A DNA stretch of 37,316 bases from an uncultured Muribaculaceae bacterium (GCA_964415015.1 CAYPXM010000003.1:3004-40319), one strand, 5' to 3'; counted from the first letter of the stretch, positions 1 to 8,694 are shown. Translations and numbers: made by a program. Notes: generated by a model from the sequence alone, not told the origin.

Positions 1-246
1 AGTGATGAACAAAAGACTATTGTCAATAACTATAAAGACTTAGTAACTGGTTTAAAAGCTGAAATTATAGACTTTAAGGAAATGGGTGAAAAAAAATTAG
101 CTTACCCAATCAAAAAAGAAATTAATGGTTATTACTTTGTTATGCAATTAAATGCTTCAGCAGATTGTATCAAAGAATTTGATCGTAAAGCTTCAATAGA
201 TGAAAAAATGATTAGACATTTAATTATTAAATTAGATGAGGAGTAA
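1..246 (+). CDS. rpsF: 30S ribosomal protein S6, C-terminal part (5' end lies outside the window)
   Basis: Frame 1 is open from the window edge to TAA at 244-246. The translation (...KKLAYPIKKEINGYYFVMQLNASADCIKEFDRKASIDEKMIRHLIIKLDEE) is S6-like. It lies directly upstream of ssb-rpsR, as in the canonical rpsF-ssb-rpsR operon. Confidence 0.85.
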   Translation, partial: SDEQKTIVNNYKDLVTGLKAEIIDFKEMGEKKLAYPIKKEINGYYFVMQLNASADCIKEFDRKASIDEKMIRHLIIKLDEE

Positions 247-249
247 TAT

Positions 250-699
250 ATGAATAAAGTTATTTTAATTGGAAGACTAGCAAGAGATCCAGAGTTAAGA
301 ACAACTTCATCTGGTATTGCTCAAACTAATTTTACGGTTGCCGTTAGTCGTAATTTTACGAACCAAGCGGGTGAACGTGAAGCGGATTTTATTGCCTGCA
401 CTGCATGGCGTAAACAAGCTGAGAATGTAAGTAAATATTGTAGTAAGGGTTCTCAAGTAGCAGTTGAAGGAAGAATTCAAGTAAGAAGTTATGATGGAAC
501 AGATGGCAATAAACGTTATGTAACTGAAGTAATCGCAGATAATGTAACATTCTTAGGATCTAAAGGTTCTTCTAATAATATGAGTTTTAATGAAAGTAAT
601 GATGGTAATAGTGACATCGTAGCAACTGACATGCCAAGTGATCCTTATAAGGATTTTGGTGAAGAAATTGCTTTGAGTGATGATGACTTACCATTTTAA
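250..699 (+). CDS. ssb: single-stranded DNA-binding protein
   Basis: OB-fold N-terminus MNKVILIGRLARDPELR..., canonical acidic tail DDDLPF, AGGAG RBS upstream. Confidence 0.95.
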   Translation: MNKVILIGRLARDPELRTTSSGIAQTNFTVAVSRNFTNQAGEREADFIACTAWRKQAENVSKYCSKGSQVAVEGRIQVRSYDGTDGNKRYVTEVIADNVTFLGSKGSSNNMSFNESNDGNSDIVATDMPSDPYKDFGEEIALSDDDLPF

Positions 700-714
700 A
701 AAGGAGGAAAACTA

Positions 715-930
715 ATGGCGGAATTTTATCGTAAAAAGAAAAAAATATGTCAAATGTGTGCTGGTAAAAGCGTTGATTATAAAGATGTAATGATTGTATC
801 TAAATATATAAATGAAAAAGGCAAAATCATGCCTCGTCGTATGACTGGTGCCTGTGCCAAACATCAAAGACATATTGCAAAACAAATTAAATATGCAAGA
901 TTTATGGCTTTAATACCATATGTAAAGTAA
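715..930 (+). CDS. rpsR: 30S ribosomal protein S18
   Basis: 71-aa basic protein with an S18 core (...YINEKGKIMPRRMTGACAKHQRHIAKQIKYARFMALIPYV), GGAGG RBS, operon position after ssb. Confidence 0.95.
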   Translation: MAEFYRKKKKICQMCAGKSVDYKDVMIVSKYINEKGKIMPRRMTGACAKHQRHIAKQIKYARFMALIPYVK

Positions 931-956
931 TCTTTTGATAGATTGCTTTTTTTTTT
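926..956 (+). terminator. rho-independent terminator after rpsR
   Basis: Stem AGTAATCT/AGATTGCT (one G-U pair), 6-nt loop, followed by a run of about 10 T. Confidence 0.6.
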
Positions 957-993
957 CAATTGTTTTATGATAAATTTGTAAAAGGGTGATTAG

Positions 994-2229
994 ATGAAAA
1001 TTATTGATTTATATGCTCGAGAAATCCTTGATTCTCGTGGTAATCCAACCGTCGAATGTGAAATTACTATCGAAGGCAATATTAAAGCTTTAGCTAGTGT
1101 TCCAAGCGGAGCATCAACTGGTAGTAAAGAAGCGATTGAATTAAGAGATAAAGATAAAACTCGTTATCATGGTATGGGTGTATTAAAAGCTGTTAATAAT
1201 GTTAATACTACTATTAAACATGCAGTTTTAAATAAAGAATTTAATCAACGGTCTTTAGATGAAACATTAATTAAATTAGATGGAACAAAGAATAAAGCCC
1301 TATTGGGTGCTAATGCGACTCTTTCTGTATCATTGGCTTTCTTAAAAGCAAGTGCTTTAAGTGAAAATAAAGAGTTATATGCGTATGTATCTGATGGTCA
1401 TGTTAATTTACCAATTCCAATGATGAATATTATTAATGGTGGAAAACATGGTTCAAATAATTTAGAATTCCAAGAATTTATGATTGTCCCAGTGGTTAAA
1501 ACATTTAAAGAAAGATTAAGATTAGGTAGTGAAGTATTTCATACCTTAAAGAATATTCTTAAGGAGGAAAACTTATCAACTGCAGTAGGTGATGAGGGTG
1601 GTTTTACACCTAATATAAAAGATATAGAAACGGCTCTTGATTATATAGTAAAAGCCATAAATAACAGTGGTTATAAACCAGGAATCGATTGTTTTATAGC
1701 CCTTGATGTGGCAGCAAGTGAAATGTATCAAGAAGCAGAAGATAAATATTTAGTTAACAATAAATTAATAACCAGTGATGAATTATTAATATTTTATGAA
1801 AAATTAGTGAAAGAATATCCTATTTATGCCATTGAAGATCCCTTTAATGAGACAGATTTTATTTCATTAGCAAAAATGACAAAATTATTAGGGAATAATA
1901 TTTTACTTGTTGGTGATGATTATTTTGTAACAAATAAAGAATTACTATTTATGGGAATAACGAAAAAAGCTGGTAATAGTATCCTTTTAAAAGCAAATCA
2001 AATTGGAACTATTACGGAAATGATGGACACAATAAAACTCGCTAAAGATAGTGGTTATCAAATGGTTATCTCACACCGTAGTGGAGAAACTGAAGATACA
2101 TTTATTGCTGACTTAGCAGTAGGATTATGTATTCCTTATATAAAGACTGGTTCGTTATCACGAATGGAACGAATTGCTAAGTATAATCGTTTACTTAGAA
2201 TAGAAGAGAGGTTTATTAAAAATGACTAA
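994..2229 (+). CDS. eno: enolase (phosphopyruvate hydratase)
   Basis: Motifs SGASTG..EA.ELRD, GGKHG, DEGGF, DDYFVTN, KANQIGT and SHRSGETED are all present. The C-terminal tail is shorter than in B. subtilis Eno. Confidence 0.97.
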   Translation: MKIIDLYAREILDSRGNPTVECEITIEGNIKALASVPSGASTGSKEAIELRDKDKTRYHGMGVLKAVNNVNTTIKHAVLNKEFNQRSLDETLIKLDGTKNKALLGANATLSVSLAFLKASALSENKELYAYVSDGHVNLPIPMMNIINGGKHGSNNLEFQEFMIVPVVKTFKERLRLGSEVFHTLKNILKEENLSTAVGDEGGFTPNIKDIETALDYIVKAINNSGYKPGIDCFIALDVAASEMYQEAEDKYLVNNKLITSDELLIFYEKLVKEYPIYAIEDPFNETDFISLAKMTKLLGNNILLVGDDYFVTNKELLFMGITKKAGNSILLKANQIGTITEMMDTIKLAKDSGYQMVISHRSGETEDTFIADLAVGLCIPYIKTGSLSRMERIAKYNRLLRIEERFIKND

Positions 2230-2644
2230 TCAAGATATGGAACTTATAAACCGTTTTTTTAGAATTGCTAATGCGATATACGAAGATCAATTGGATTTAG
2301 CAGCTAATAAATTAGATAGTAAAGCCTTGCGGGAAATAAAAGAAGATATTGCTGCATATGTTAGTAGTTTAAATGCGGTAAAACAAGAGATTACTAAACG
2401 CTTTGGTCAATTTGAATTAAATCGCTTAATGGCTTTAGTTGGTAAATCGAGAGAAGATTTTCAAGCTATTGTATTACAAAAACAAAATGAATACTTAGTA
2501 GAACAAAAATGTTATGAAGAAACAACTGAATATCATGCAAAGCAAGAAAATAAGCAAGATTATTTAAATGCTTTAAGGGATTATGAACTGTTTAATATGT
2601 ACTTTTTTGCTTGTTTCAACTATGAAACTAAGATAGTTAAATAA
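2222..2644 (+). CDS. hypothetical protein (140 aa, predicted helical), start overlaps the eno stop
   Basis: Long ORF. Its ATG lies inside ATGACTAA, which spans the eno stop codon (8-nt overlap). No recognisable motif. Confidence 0.7.
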   Translation: MTNQDMELINRFFRIANAIYEDQLDLAANKLDSKALREIKEDIAAYVSSLNAVKQEITKRFGQFELNRLMALVGKSREDFQAIVLQKQNEYLVEQKCYEETTEYHAKQENKQDYLNALRDYELFNMYFFACFNYETKIVK

Positions 2645-2650
2645 TTATAC

Positions 2651-2678
2651 TTGACAAATAGTAGTTTTTTAGTATAAT
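2651..2678 (+). promoter_or_regulatory. sigma-A-type promoter for the 2703 gene
   Basis: TTGACA at 2651-2656, 16-nt spacer, TATAAT at 2673-2678. Confidence 0.55.
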
Positions 2679-2702
2679 AAACTCTTGAAAAGTGGGGTTT
2701 TT

Positions 2703-3407
2703 ATGGAAAAAAGTCAAAAAAAAGTTAAGTTAGAAGTAGCTTACAAATTACAATCATTAATTGAATCTTATGCGAATGAGGAATTAATCTACGAGGCATC
2801 TCGTGCTATCGTGTATTATGAGTCAAATCAATTCAGTTGCGAGAACTTAAACATATTAGAACGTAAATTATTAGGTATTATTAAAAAATATCAAGAAAAC
2901 AATATTTGTGATAAGAGTTTTATTAATAATTTATTAGAAATAATTTCACAATGTCAAAAAGGATTACGTAATAGTGAGTGTTGGCATACTGAATATGCAG
3001 TATTACTAGAATTAGTATTAGTAATGATTAAAGACAAACCTAATCACATTTTAATGTGTGAAGAAATAAAGAAATTAAATCGTTTTAATCATCGTCGCTA
3101 TTTTGTTAAAGAAAATGGGGTTACTAAAGAAACTTTTACGGCTAAGAAACCGGAATGTTATACTAGTAAAAATAAAAAAGTATTTAAACAATTATGTTGG
3201 GATTGTCCATTGGAATCATTAACTCAATGTAAAAAGATGACTGATGGTGCTTTAAAAGCAATGATTAGCGATTATGATTTTATTACTGATGGATATCAAA
3301 TTGTAAATATTGCAAATGTTAGTCAAGAATTACTTGTTTCTAAATGTTCATTGTATGATGAATTTATAGCTAATAAAGAAGAAAAGTCTAAATATTTAGT
3401 TAAATAA
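2703..3407 (+). CDS. hypothetical protein with a Cys-rich C-terminal half
   Basis: The track ORF is 2685-3407 (TTG start). ATG at 2703 follows a GTGGGG RBS-like element. The product contains CWDCP...C and other Cys/His clusters. No family recognised. Confidence 0.7.
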   Translation: MEKSQKKVKLEVAYKLQSLIESYANEELIYEASRAIVYYESNQFSCENLNILERKLLGIIKKYQENNICDKSFINNLLEIISQCQKGLRNSECWHTEYAVLLELVLVMIKDKPNHILMCEEIKKLNRFNHRRYFVKENGVTKETFTAKKPECYTSKNKKVFKQLCWDCPLESLTQCKKMTDGALKAMISDYDFITDGYQIVNIANVSQELLVSKCSLYDEFIANKEEKSKYLVK

Positions 3408-3428
3408 AATGCGGTTGCATTTTTTTTA
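3407..3428 (+). terminator. weak rho-independent terminator
   Basis: AAATGC-GGTT-GCATTT hairpin followed by a T-run. The stem is AT-rich. Confidence 0.45.
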
Positions 3429-3468
3429 AAAGTAAGGTATATTATTAAATGAAATGGATGTGTTTTAA

Positions 3469-3687
3469 GTGCTAGAAACAATATTATTAGTAGTATCCGT
3501 ATTAATTATTGCTATTGTACTATTACAAAGTAATAAAGCCAGTGATGCTGGTCAAATAATTACTGGTGGTAATGAAGCATTATTTGCTCAAACTAAAGAA
3601 CGTGGTAGTGAATTATTTATTTCACGGGTTACGATGGCTTTAGGGGTAATATTTTTTGTTATATCTTTTATATTATTTATTAAATAA
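3469..3687 (+). CDS. secG: preprotein translocase subunit SecG
   Basis: 72 aa with two TM segments, and an LLQSNKASDAG...GG motif like the SecG LLQ.GKG..G signature. GTG start; the preceding in-frame codon is a stop. The eno...secG...rnr-smpB order matches Bacillus. Confidence 0.8.
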   Translation: MLETILLVVSVLIIAIVLLQSNKASDAGQIITGGNEALFAQTKERGSELFISRVTMALGVIFFVISFILFIK

Positions 3688-3688
3688 T

Positions 3689-3706
3689 AAGCCGTAAGGC
3701 TTTTTT
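3689..3706 (+). terminator. rho-independent terminator after secG
   Basis: AAGCC-GTAA-GGCTT hairpin followed by a T-run. Confidence 0.6.
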
Positions 3707-3708
3707 AT

Positions 3709-3735
3709 TTGCAATTTTTTATTTTATGATATAAT
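3709..3735 (+). promoter_or_regulatory. promoter of the pilin-like gene (extended -10)
   Basis: TTGCAA at 3709-3714 and TGATATAAT with TATAAT at 3730-3735. The spacer is only 15 nt, so the call relies on the extended -10 TG. Confidence 0.5.
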
Positions 3736-3755
3736 CATTATAGTAGGTGAACGAT

Positions 3756-6062
3756 ATGAAGAAGAATAAGGGTTTTACTTTAGTTGAATTATTAGTTACA
3801 ATCGGTATCATTGCAGTTATTGGAGTAGTAATAAGTGTTAATATCGTAGGGGTAGTAAAGAAAAATAATCAACAAGAATATGAAGATTTTAAAAATAAAT
3901 TAACTAAGAGTGCCTGTGCTTTTGCCGATTTAAGTGATACATTAAAAAATTGTACTAATCGCTGCTTAGTAACGGTTCAAGAACTTATTGATGAAGGTTT
4001 ATTAGAAAAAAATATGATTAATCCTAAAACTAAAAAACCTTTAGGACCTCAAGAAACTATTCATGTTTGTCATGAAGATAAAGAAAAAGTTTGCTATTAT
4101 AATGAAGAAAATAATTATGACTTTTATGGTCCGGAAATAACCTATACAAAAAGTATTGGTAAATTAAATATTACTTTAAATGATGAAAGTAATTTAGCGG
4201 GTTATGTAATTTCTACAAGCAATACTAATCCTGGTACATATACAAACATTACCGGTAATACCCATAGTTTTAGTTATAATCCACCTGGACCAGGAACTTA
4301 CTATGTTTACGCGATAGATGAATATAATAATGTTTCTAAGAAAGATATTACCTTAGTAAATAGTGACTTTGATTTAGAAAAACCAAAAATTAAAGTTATC
4401 CTAAATTTAAATATTGCGGTAGTTACTATTACGGATAATTACAATCTAGCTGGTTATTTAATTAGCACTAGTAATCTAGAAAACGTTACTTATAATAATA
4501 TAACTGGTAAAAATGTTGTTGTAACTTATACTATGGCTGGACCAGGAACATTTTATGTATATGCTATAGATCAATTTGGTAATAAAGAAAAAGTACATTT
4601 TATTGCCACTGCAGCTAATTTTGATACCACACCTCCATTAATAAGTGTAAGTCCCGCAACAGCTCAAGCTTCAATAACATTTAACGATCAAAATGGTAGT
4701 GGTCTTGCAGGTATATTGGTTAATAAAGACGTAAATGATCCCGTTAATTATGAAGCTGCTTCGGGTCAAGTGTTAACGAAAAATTTTACTTTTAATGAAA
4801 CAAATACATATTATGCTCATGCGATAGATGTGGCAGGTAATCGTTCAACGAAATCTTTTAGTATCACTATTTGTCCCTATGCTCCAGGTACGACATGGAC
4901 TTTTAATAATCCACCAGAAAATTTAAAAAGCTTTACTTTCCCCTGTACCGGAACTTATAAATTGAAAGCTCAAGCCGGTAAAAGTGGCTCATGGCGATGG
5001 GGTTCTTGGGGAAATCCTGATTCGGTTTTTCCCATTGTCAATGGTTCTTTTGTAACCGGTGATTTTTACTTTTATAAAAATCAAGGAATCTATATCGGGG
5101 TTGGTGGTAATGGTGGAGATGGTTTTTATCAAGAGTATAGTGGATATGCTGAAACTGGAGCAGTAGGATATAATAATCCAAATGGTACTGTTTTAGGTCG
5201 TTCTGGTGGTGGTGGAGCTACTCATTTTACGACTAGTAATACTTTATATAATGGCTCAGATACTGGCTTAGTTTTATCAGCCCAAGGTGGTAATGGTAGT
5301 AATAATGGTGGCCTTGGTGGTGGTACTAATTATATAAAAAGTGTTCATAATGGGTATTCAAGTGTTAATCATAATATCGAAGGTGCCATAGATAGTAATG
5401 GATATGCCCAAATAATTTTTGTTGGTGAAGGTATTCCTTCAGTAAGTTACTGGGAATATGGTTATACAGGTGGAATGCAAACATTTACCGCTCCGAGTAA
5501 GGGAATATATAAATTTGAAGTATGGGGTGCTAAAGGTGGTATGTCATATTATATGGATTTAAGTACCGGAGATTGTTCATATCATGGCATCGACGCATTA
5601 AATGCAACTCTTAATAATAGTTTATATCCTGGCTATGCCCAAGGACAATTTAATCTAAATGCCGGTGAAACAGTTTATATTAATGTCGGTGGTGAAGGTG
5701 GCTCTGGGGTTAAAGTAGCTGATGGTGTTAGTATTTGCGGTGGAGCTACTGGTGGCGGTGGCTATAATGGTGGAATAAGTGGTACTAACTTTGCAAGCGG
5801 CTCTGGTGGTGCTTCAACTGTTGCCTTACAATCAGGTAATTATTCCACTACCTTATATAATTCAGGTAAATTATTAGTTGCATCAAAAGGTGGCATTGGA
5901 ATTAGAACAAATGATTATATTCATCATGACTTAGTAAGTCAAGGTGGTGGAGTTAATTATGTTAATACTAGCCATGCTAAATATGTCGGTGGATCATTAA
6001 TTAATGAAAATGTTACTAATAAAAAAAGTATTATTCGAGTATACTTAATACAAAATACTTAA
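3756..6062 (+). CDS. modular type IV pilin/pseudopilin-like protein (768 aa): prepilin class-III signal + pilin head + 3 Ig-like repeats + 2 glycine-rich modules
   Basis: ATG at 3756 follows an AGGTGA RBS (the track ORF starts at GTG 3747). The N-terminus MKKNKG|FTLVELLVTIGIIAVIGVV carries the G-F-T-L-x-E prepilin cleavage/methylation motif. Three repeats of about 80 aa end in Y.YAID..GN. Two Gly-rich modules carry GGNGG/GGGG tracts. Confidence 0.85.
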   Translation: MKKNKGFTLVELLVTIGIIAVIGVVISVNIVGVVKKNNQQEYEDFKNKLTKSACAFADLSDTLKNCTNRCLVTVQELIDEGLLEKNMINPKTKKPLGPQETIHVCHEDKEKVCYYNEENNYDFYGPEITYTKSIGKLNITLNDESNLAGYVISTSNTNPGTYTNITGNTHSFSYNPPGPGTYYVYAIDEYNNVSKKDITLVNSDFDLEKPKIKVILNLNIAVVTITDNYNLAGYLISTSNLENVTYNNITGKNVVVTYTMAGPGTFYVYAIDQFGNKEKVHFIATAANFDTTPPLISVSPATAQASITFNDQNGSGLAGILVNKDVNDPVNYEAASGQVLTKNFTFNETNTYYAHAIDVAGNRSTKSFSITICPYAPGTTWTFNNPPENLKSFTFPCTGTYKLKAQAGKSGSWRWGSWGNPDSVFPIVNGSFVTGDFYFYKNQGIYIGVGGNGGDGFYQEYSGYAETGAVGYNNPNGTVLGRSGGGGATHFTTSNTLYNGSDTGLVLSAQGGNGSNNGGLGGGTNYIKSVHNGYSSVNHNIEGAIDSNGYAQIIFVGEGIPSVSYWEYGYTGGMQTFTAPSKGIYKFEVWGAKGGMSYYMDLSTGDCSYHGIDALNATLNNSLYPGYAQGQFNLNAGETVYINVGGEGGSGVKVADGVSICGGATGGGGYNGGISGTNFASGSGGASTVALQSGNYSTTLYNSGKLLVASKGGIGIRTNDYIHHDLVSQGGGVNYVNTSHAKYVGGSLINENVTNKKSIIRVYLIQNT

Positions 6063-6080
6063 GGGATTATTCCCTTTTTT
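6061..6080 (+). terminator. rho-independent terminator after the pilin-like gene
   Basis: AAGGGA-TTAT-TCCCTT hairpin followed by a T-run. Confidence 0.7.
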
Positions 6081-6179
6081 ATTTGTTTTAATAGGCTAAT
6101 TCTTTACATTAATAAGGAATATTACTTGAATAAATTTAAAAATATATCTATACTAAAAATAGATAAGGATAATAATATT

Positions 6180-8288
6180 ATGAAAGAAAGAATAATAGAA
6201 GCACTTAATAGTTTAACGGAACCAATTGATTTTATGGAATTATATCATTTGATCCATTTGGAGCATACTGATGAAATAAATGAACTTCAAGATGCTTTAA
6301 ACAATTTGTGTGATGAGTATATTGTTTATAAAACTAAAAAAGATAAATATATGTTAATGAAAAATAATCCGGGATTAAAAGTCGGGAAATTAACCTTAAA
6401 TAAAAAAGGATTTGGATTTATAATTTTACCAGAAGAAGAAGATTTATATATTGATAAAAAAAACTTAGGTAATGCTACTCATGATGATATTGTATTATGT
6501 GAAGTAATAAAAGTAGGTTTAAAGAAGGAAGGCCGTGTCTTAAAAGTAGTTAAACGAGATTTAAAACAAATAGTCGGAGAAGTATATTTTTATAATAATA
6601 AATGTTACTTAAAACTAGATGAAGAAAAACTTGATTTAATGATTGAAATAGATAATGATACTGGCTTAGTAGCTGGACATAAAGTACTAGTTAAAATTAT
6701 AAAAGAATTGGCCAAAAAGAAGTATCTAGGTCATGTAATTAAAGTAATTGGTCATAAAGATGATCCTGGTGTTGATATAAAAAGTATTGCCTATAAATAT
6801 GGAATATTAGATTACTTTAACGATAATGTAATCGAAGAATTAAAAAATATACCTGATGAAGTAAATGAACTTGATTTAGTTAATCGTCGTAATTTAACAA
6901 ATGATATTATTTTTACTATTGATGGTGATGATACCAAGGATATTGATGATGCTATTTCTTTAACTCGAGAAAATGATAATTACATATTGGGTGTTCATAT
7001 AGCGGATGTTTCTAATTACGTTTTAGAAAATACTGCCCTAGGTGATGCTGCTTATAAAAGGGGTACTTCTTCTTATTTAACTGACACTGTTATTCCAATG
7101 ATTCCTCATCAATTAAGTAATGGGATATGCTCACTAAATGAAAAAGTCATACGGCTTACTATGTCTTGTGTAATGACAATTAATAAAGCGGGAAAAGTAA
7201 TAAGTTATGATATTTTTCCAAGTTATATTAAAAGTGTTAAAAAAATGACTTATAATTGTGTTAATGATATCATTGTACGAAATAAAATTACTCCTGGTTA
7301 TGAACCATATGTTGATATATTAAAACAAATGAAAGAACTAGCCGATATTTTAAGAAATGAAAAGATTAGCCGAGGATACATTGATTTTGATTTAGATGAA
7401 GTAAAAATAAAACAAGATAAAGAAGGTATATGTATTGGTGTCGAAAGACGTCTACGAGAAGCTGGAGAAATGTTAATTGAAGACTTTATGATTGCAGCTA
7501 ATGAAACTGTTGCAAGTCATATATTTAATATGAATTTACCTTTTTTATATCGAATTCATGCTAATCCAAATACAGAAAAAATTGAAGATTTTACTAATTT
7601 AGTAAAACTCCTTGGTTATCAATTAAAAACAAAAACAAGTGAGATTACTCCAATAACTATGCAAAAGATATTAGATGAATTAAAAGATAAAAAGGAATTT
7701 GAAATTTTATCAAGTATGCTACTTCGTAGTATGAAAAAAGCAGAATATAGTAAGGATAATATTGGACATTTTGGTCTTGCAAGTAAATATTATACTCACT
7801 TTACTTCACCAATTCGTCGTTATCCTGACCTGACTGTTCATCGATTACTAAAAAAATATTTAATTGAAAATGATATGAGTATGACAACTATCAATTTCTT
7901 AGAAAGCCATTTGGTAGAAGTGGCTAGTCATTCTAGTGAACGAGAAGTAGCTGCAGTAAATGCAGAACGTGATGTTGATGATATGAAAATGGCCGAATAC
8001 ATGTCATTTCATGTAGGCGAAGAGTTTGATGGAATTATCTCTTCGGTTACTAGTTTTGGGCTTTTTGTTGAATTAGATAATATGATTGAAGGATTAGTTC
8101 ATATAAGTACTTTAAAAGGCGATTATTTTAATTATATTCCCGATTTACTTAGTTTAGTGGGTAAATCAACGAAAAAGACATATCGGATTGGGGCTAAGGT
8201 TCATATCAAATGTGTAGCGGCTAATAAGGATACGGCAACTATTGATTTTGAAATTTGTGAGGATAAAAATGAGCGAGATAAAAAATAA
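6180..8288 (+). CDS. rnr: ribonuclease R
   Basis: RNB catalytic-region motifs (FTIDGDDTKDIDDAIS, HFGLAS..YTHFTSPIRRYPDL) and a C-terminal S1 domain (GEEFDGIISSVTSFGLFVEL). ATG at 6180 follows an AAGGA RBS (the track ORF starts at TTG 6126). Confidence 0.93.
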   Translation: MKERIIEALNSLTEPIDFMELYHLIHLEHTDEINELQDALNNLCDEYIVYKTKKDKYMLMKNNPGLKVGKLTLNKKGFGFIILPEEEDLYIDKKNLGNATHDDIVLCEVIKVGLKKEGRVLKVVKRDLKQIVGEVYFYNNKCYLKLDEEKLDLMIEIDNDTGLVAGHKVLVKIIKELAKKKYLGHVIKVIGHKDDPGVDIKSIAYKYGILDYFNDNVIEELKNIPDEVNELDLVNRRNLTNDIIFTIDGDDTKDIDDAISLTRENDNYILGVHIADVSNYVLENTALGDAAYKRGTSSYLTDTVIPMIPHQLSNGICSLNEKVIRLTMSCVMTINKAGKVISYDIFPSYIKSVKKMTYNCVNDIIVRNKITPGYEPYVDILKQMKELADILRNEKISRGYIDFDLDEVKIKQDKEGICIGVERRLREAGEMLIEDFMIAANETVASHIFNMNLPFLYRIHANPNTEKIEDFTNLVKLLGYQLKTKTSEITPITMQKILDELKDKKEFEILSSMLLRSMKKAEYSKDNIGHFGLASKYYTHFTSPIRRYPDLTVHRLLKKYLIENDMSMTTINFLESHLVEVASHSSEREVAAVNAERDVDDMKMAEYMSFHVGEEFDGIISSVTSFGLFVELDNMIEGLVHISTLKGDYFNYIPDLLSLVGKSTKKTYRIGAKVHIKCVAANKDTATIDFEICEDKNERDKK

Positions 8289-8691
8289 AAAGGCTTATTT
8301 TGATTATTTCATTGAAAAAGAAATAGAAGCTGGAATCGAATTATTAGGAACAGAAATTAAAAGTATCAGAAATGGAAATTGTAATATCACCGATGGGTAT
8401 ATTATTATTAGAAATAATGAAGCATATATCTTAAATATGTTTATCGATACATATTTTGAAGGTAATCAATTTAATCATGATGAACGTCGTACCAGAAAAC
8501 TATTACTTCATAAAAAAGAAATCCTTAAGTTAAAAATGGAAGTTGATCGTGATGGTTATAGTTTAGTTCCCTTAAAAGTTTATCTCACTCGCAATAAAGC
8601 TAAAGTTTTAATTGGTTTAGCAAAAGGTAAAAAATTATATGATAAACGAAGAACGATTAAAGAAAAAGATATAGCACGAGAAAATCGATAA
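8269..8691 (+). CDS. smpB: SsrA-binding protein SmpB
   Basis: MSEIKNKKAYFDYFIEKEIEAGIELLGTEIKSIR... is a typical SmpB N-terminus. ATG at 8269 overlaps the rnr 3' end (the track ORF starts at 8242). Confidence 0.93.
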   Translation: MSEIKNKKAYFDYFIEKEIEAGIELLGTEIKSIRNGNCNITDGYIIIRNNEAYILNMFIDTYFEGNQFNHDERRTRKLLLHKKEILKLKMEVDRDGYSLVPLKVYLTRNKAKVLIGLAKGKKLYDKRRTIKEKDIARENR

Positions 8692-8694
8692 ATT

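Noticed and set aside
6126-6179. N-terminal extensions in the ORF track: rnr from TTG 6126, and likewise 2685, 3747, 8242, 12917, 13199, 14448, 21797, 22827, 28184(-), 29414, 31043 and 32151.
   Set aside because: In each case an internal ATG preceded by a clear purine-rich RBS gives the conserved N-terminus (for example MSEIKNKKAYFDY for Smp[17 protein letters not shown] for rubrerythrin). The extensions run through terminators or promoters, or encode hydrophobic junk.
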